Shown here one piece after another: positions 60,608 through 64,000 of a DNA stretch of 64,000 nucleotides. Numbering within the stretch: position 1 is the stretch's first letter; each line of letters opens with the position of its first letter. The DNA comes from Obrimoposthia wandeli (Eukaryota), in NCBI GenBank assembly GCA_977020255.1, contig CDROCS010002834.1, positions 124,001 to 188,000 on the forward strand. The letters are read 5' to 3'. Made by a program: the position numbers and the translations under genes. Under the pieces are notes generated by a model, which saw only the letters and a program-made list of their open reading frames with translations, was not told where the DNA came from and ran no database searches.

Positions 60608-62938
60608 TTAAAAGGCACCACCGATGAATAAGTAAAAAGAATCATAATTTTCTTCTGTTCGGCCATAAGCTAATAGGAAAGGGCCAATAGGAGAATTAAT
60701 GCCAGTAAATACACTGCCAGCCCAATACAGAGGTAGGTCATTAAATGGGGTTGACGAGTCGTTATATACCCCACCCCACTCTATTGAACCACCTACATAT
60801 AAAGGCGATTTGAACAAGCCAAAATCATAATCAGTAATACGGTAACGGTAAATTACAGCGGAGAATATTTTATTGTTGCCCACTAAGCTGTTTTTAGGGA
60901 TACCTGAAAGATTAAGAAAACCACCAATTTCTTTCGGGTCGAGTTGAATGTCCTCTTCTGACTCTACATGTCCAAATTCAGTTTTACCCATAAATGTATG
61001 ACGTTGATAGGTATAAGCCCCTTTCCATGCTATGTCTAAGTGATACGCAAGATCAGTGCCTTGGAGCCTCTCACCATCAACCGTCCAATCCACACTATCA
61101 TCAGAAAGAGCCAACTCAATACTGAATAAATTGCCTTTATTGGGTAATTCAAAGTCATCGAGTGTATCGATATTGTAGTTAATATATCCCACACGGCTAT
61201 TACGTTCCCTAACCCCTAAAAATGTACCCGCTAAACCTTGATAATCAACCTCACCACTAATGTAACGGTATCCCAAACGCATTTCTTGCCACAGCATAGG
61301 CTGCCAGCCAACAGAGGCATCAAGTGTTGTGGTGTTATAAATAGTGGGTATAAATAGCTCAGTATCACTTAACTTAGGTTCATCATCATCGTCTTCACCA
61401 AGTGCCAAATATTTATTGCTCTTATCATATTCTGCGCGTAGTAAGCCAAACCACTCTTGATCACTAATAAAAGGCATATATATTTCTGTAGCAGCGCGTT
61501 TGTTATAGCCGTACTCTAGCTCAGTTCGCCATTCTGCCCCAGCTTCACTTAAACCTGTAACATTAAAGGCCACACCAATGGAGTAATCGGTAGAGTTTTT
61601 AAAGTCATCCTCCATCGCAAAACGAAAATCGAGATAATTAGGCCCCCAACTCTTTTCTGTTACATCAACGAGAACAATGTTTTGTCCATCATTTTTCTCA
61701 ATGCTGTAATTAATACGCTCAAAACGATCAAGCGCATAAAGGTTGCGTACACTTTCGGCTAATTGTTCAGAGCTCATCTTTTCGCCTGAATGCAAGTCGA
61801 GGCGATCGAGCAATGCTTGATCTGAATATTGACTGTTATTCACTAAACGAACTTCATCAATATGCAGCTCATCAATACGAGTAAGTTGATTGCGGCGTGC
61901 TTGCTTGTGATCGATATAATGTTGATAAGGGGCAGTGCCACCCAGTTTAGACAATTGGGGGCGTAAGGCCATGGTGGCTAAATATCCGATATGATACGCA
62001 TCAATCATACGATCAAAATCTGTTGTACCAATGCCTTTGGTATTCGGTCGAATTAAATAATCATTATTTGTCAGTAATTTTTTTTGTTGCTCTGCATTGT
62101 TAGCCACCATGAAATCAGTCAGTTGATCCATAATGGCAAAGTAATTTTTTAGCTCATCGCGCTTTTTAAAATCATTGCTAATATCAACCGCAATAACAAT
62201 ATCAGCCCCCATCGCTTTCACGACTGAAATAGGTAAATTATTGGTAATCCCACCGTCCACCAACAGTCGATCATTCAACTCCATTGGGGGTAATATGCCA
62301 GGAATCGACATACTCGCTTGCATCGCCTTGGCCAAGTCACCTTTATCTAATATCACAGGTTTCAAGGTTTCAATATCGCTAGCCACTGCTCTAAAAGGGA
62401 TAGCTAAATCATCAAAGCTCGCAAACTCAGGCTGATTACCGGAGGTAGAACGAATAATTTCGCCCATATTTTGTCCTTGAACAAAACCTTTGGGCACTTT
62501 TAATTCCCACAAGTCAAAACCAACATCAGTTTTAATCTGAAAACGATCTTCTTGATGTTTTTCACGCACACGACGATCGCTACGTTGAACACCGTCTTGA
62601 TATCCATCACGCCAATTTATTGTCTCAAGAAAAGATTCTATTTCATCAGCGCTCATACCGGACGCATATAAGCCACCGACATACGCCCCCATGCTGGTGC
62701 CTGCAATATAATCAACGGGAATCTGCATCTCTTCTAATGCTTTTAAGACCCCAATATGTGCCGCCCCTTTTGCCCCGCCGCCCCCGAGCACAACTCCAAC
62801 TTTAGGCCTTTCTTTCGCGACAGCATCGAAAGAAAGAACAAAAGCAAAAAAAGTGACGAAAATCACTAAAGTAATGTAACGGACTGGCAGATAAACATTA
62901 GAATAACAGTTTGTAATCGATGGCTTAGCAAAGGTCAT
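60608..62938 (-). CDS. Patatin-like phospholipase with POTRA and C-terminal outer-membrane barrel (PlpD/type Vd-like)
   Basis: GGGGAKG, GTSMG, DGG catalytic motifs; POTRA-like IDEVRLVNN...LYALDRFERI; terminal Phe. Start is uncertain: ATG 62938 chosen because the longer ORF overlaps the divergent MCP. Confidence 0.85.
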   Translation of the reverse strand: MTFAKPSITNCYSNVYLPVRYITLVIFVTFFAFVLSFDAVAKERPKVGVVLGGGGAKGAAHIGVLKALEEMQIPVDYIAGTSMGAYVGGLYASGMSADEIESFLETINWRDGYQDGVQRSDRRVREKHQEDRFQIKTDVGFDLWELKVPKGFVQGQNMGEIIRSTSGNQPEFASFDDLAIPFRAVASDIETLKPVILDKGDLAKAMQASMSIPGILPPMELNDRLLVDGGITNNLPISVVKAMGADIVIAVDISNDFKKRDELKNYFAIMDQLTDFMVANNAEQQKKLLTNNDYLIRPNTKGIGTTDFDRMIDAYHIGYLATMALRPQLSKLGGTAPYQHYIDHKQARRNQLTRIDELHIDEVRLVNNSQYSDQALLDRLDLHSGEKMSSEQLAESVRNLYALDRFERINYSIEKNDGQNIVLVDVTEKSWGPNYLDFRFAMEDDFKNSTDYSIGVAFNVTGLSEAGAEWRTELEYGYNKRAATEIYMPFISDQEWFGLLRAEYDKSNKYLALGEDDDDEPKLSDTELFIPTIYNTTTLDASVGWQPMLWQEMRLGYRYISGEVDYQGLAGTFLGVRERNSRVGYINYNIDTLDDFELPNKGNLFSIELALSDDSVDWTVDGERLQGTDLAYHLDIAWKGAYTYQRHTFMGKTEFGHVESEEDIQLDPKEIGGFLNLSGIPKNSLVGNNKIFSAVIYRYRITDYDFGLFKSPLYVGGSIEWGGVYNDSSTPFNDLPLYWAGSVFTGINSPIGPFLLAYGRTEENYDSFYLFIGGAF

Positions 62939-63002
62939 TGTTTTTGTAATCCGTGCTCTGAGTATTTTGCTCATAACTATTAAAATAAAGACAATCAATT
63001 TA

Positions 63003-64000
63003 ATGAATTTCAATCAGGTAAGTATTAAACAAAAACTGATCTTCGCCATGGTCATTGCTGTTCTTTCTTCGACGGCTTTAGTCGGTTTTATCAGCCAAAA
63101 TCAAGCCCGTAACGTAGTGGAAACACGGCTGTTAAAATCAGAGCTTCCAGCTACCTTAATGCAAATTAGAAATACTATCGATAAAGAAGTATCGGTATTA
63201 CAGTTTGCGGCACAACAGCTCGCCTCTAATCGATTCATTCTTGAATCTTTTAAACAGACACCTTCTGAACAATCAAACACCCAACTCATTCAAGTACTGA
63301 ATGATATCAGAACCCAATATGATTTGTTCGATGCTTCTATCGCCGATCGCACGACAGGAGACTATTGGAATCAAACCGGTTTTTTACGCCGCTTAAACCA
63401 ACAGCAAGATGGCTGGTTTTTTGGGTTTATCAATAGTGGCGACGAAAAGATGCTTAACGTTTTCCGTGAAAATAATGGGAATGTAAAACTGTTCGTCAAC
63501 TACCAACAACTAAATGGCAGCGGGATGGCAGGTTTATCAAAATCTCTTGATGACATGGTGACTTTCGTTAATCAATTTAAGCTAGAAGAAACAGGCTTTG
63601 TTTACCTTGTCGATGCCAATGGCGCAATACGCATACATAAAGACAGCAGTAAGATGGGTAACGCTAGCCTGACTCAAATGTATAGCTCTGATGTTGCCCG
63701 CACACTACTCAATAAAAACGACGTTAACTTTTCTGAATATACAATCGCAGGCAAAGATACGTTGCTTGCAACCAGCTATATTCCATCAATGGATTGGTAT
63801 GTAGTAGCAGAGCTTCCTAAAGAAGAAGCGTTTTCAGCATTGAACCAAGCACGAAATGAAATAATGCTCTGGACTGCTGTCATTGCTGTTACTTTCATCT
63901 TTATTGCGATTTGGTTAGGCACTAATATCACCCGCCCTATTGAACGCCTTGCCGCTGTCTTTAAAGATCTGGGAGAAGGTGAAGGTGATTTACGTCATCG
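63003..64000 (+). CDS. Methyl-accepting chemotaxis protein (dCache + HAMP), truncated by the window end
   Basis: Manual translation MNFNQVSIKQKLIFAM...TM1...DGWFF...GFVYLVD...MDWYVVAELPKEE...TM2...ITRPIERLAAVFKDLGEGEGDL. Confidence 0.88.
   Translation, partial: MNFNQVSIKQKLIFAMVIAVLSSTALVGFISQNQARNVVETRLLKSELPATLMQIRNTIDKEVSVLQFAAQQLASNRFILESFKQTPSEQSNTQLIQVLNDIRTQYDLFDASIADRTTGDYWNQTGFLRRLNQQQDGWFFGFINSGDEKMLNVFRENNGNVKLFVNYQQLNGSGMAGLSKSLDDMVTFVNQFKLEETGFVYLVDANGAIRIHKDSSKMGNASLTQMYSSDVARTLLNKNDVNFSEYTIAGKDTLLATSYIPSMDWYVVAELPKEEAFSALNQARNEIMLWTAVIAVTFIFIAIWLGTNITRPIERLAAVFKDLGEGEGDLRH

Overview
This is mostly core chromosome of a Vibrionaceae member, most likely Photobacterium; that assignment is inferred from gene content and protein style, not from a search. 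In order, the window holds mscS (partial), fbaA-pgk-epd-tkt, metK, sprT-endA-rsmE-gshB-yqgE-yqgF, pilU-pilT, yggS-proC-yggT-yggU-DUF4426-rdgB-hemW, a short YggN-like gene, glsB, trmB, mutY-yggX-mltC, and two duplicated Phe-Asn-Thr tRNA operons (17 tRNAs) flanking a GST gene. It continues with an HD-GYP gene, mrcB-hrpB, thpR-sfsA-dksA-gluQ-pcnB-folK-panB-panC, yadGH, can, hpt, a HapR/LuxR-type quorum-sensing master regulator, fbpABC, glnK-amtB, yacL, a cdaR-transporter-glycerate kinase cassette, acnB, a patatin/POTRA/beta-barrel protein and a partial MCP. I saw no prophage, CRISPR array, transposase or recognisable defence system. The main features not explained by this gene list are: (1) a GATC-dense intergenic locus between convergent yqgF and pilU with three GATC-N5-GTACAGCTT motifs; (2) a 268-bp TA-flanked ERIC-like MITE plus an orphan terminal repeat; (3) a ~990-bp direct repeat of tRNA operons bracketing the GST gene, with chimeric tRNA-Phe alleles; (4) a probable ATC/ATT start for pcnB; (5) PurR-like boxes at fbaA, tkt and metK; (6) a probably degenerate HD-GYP domain. 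All coordinates and counts were read by hand.
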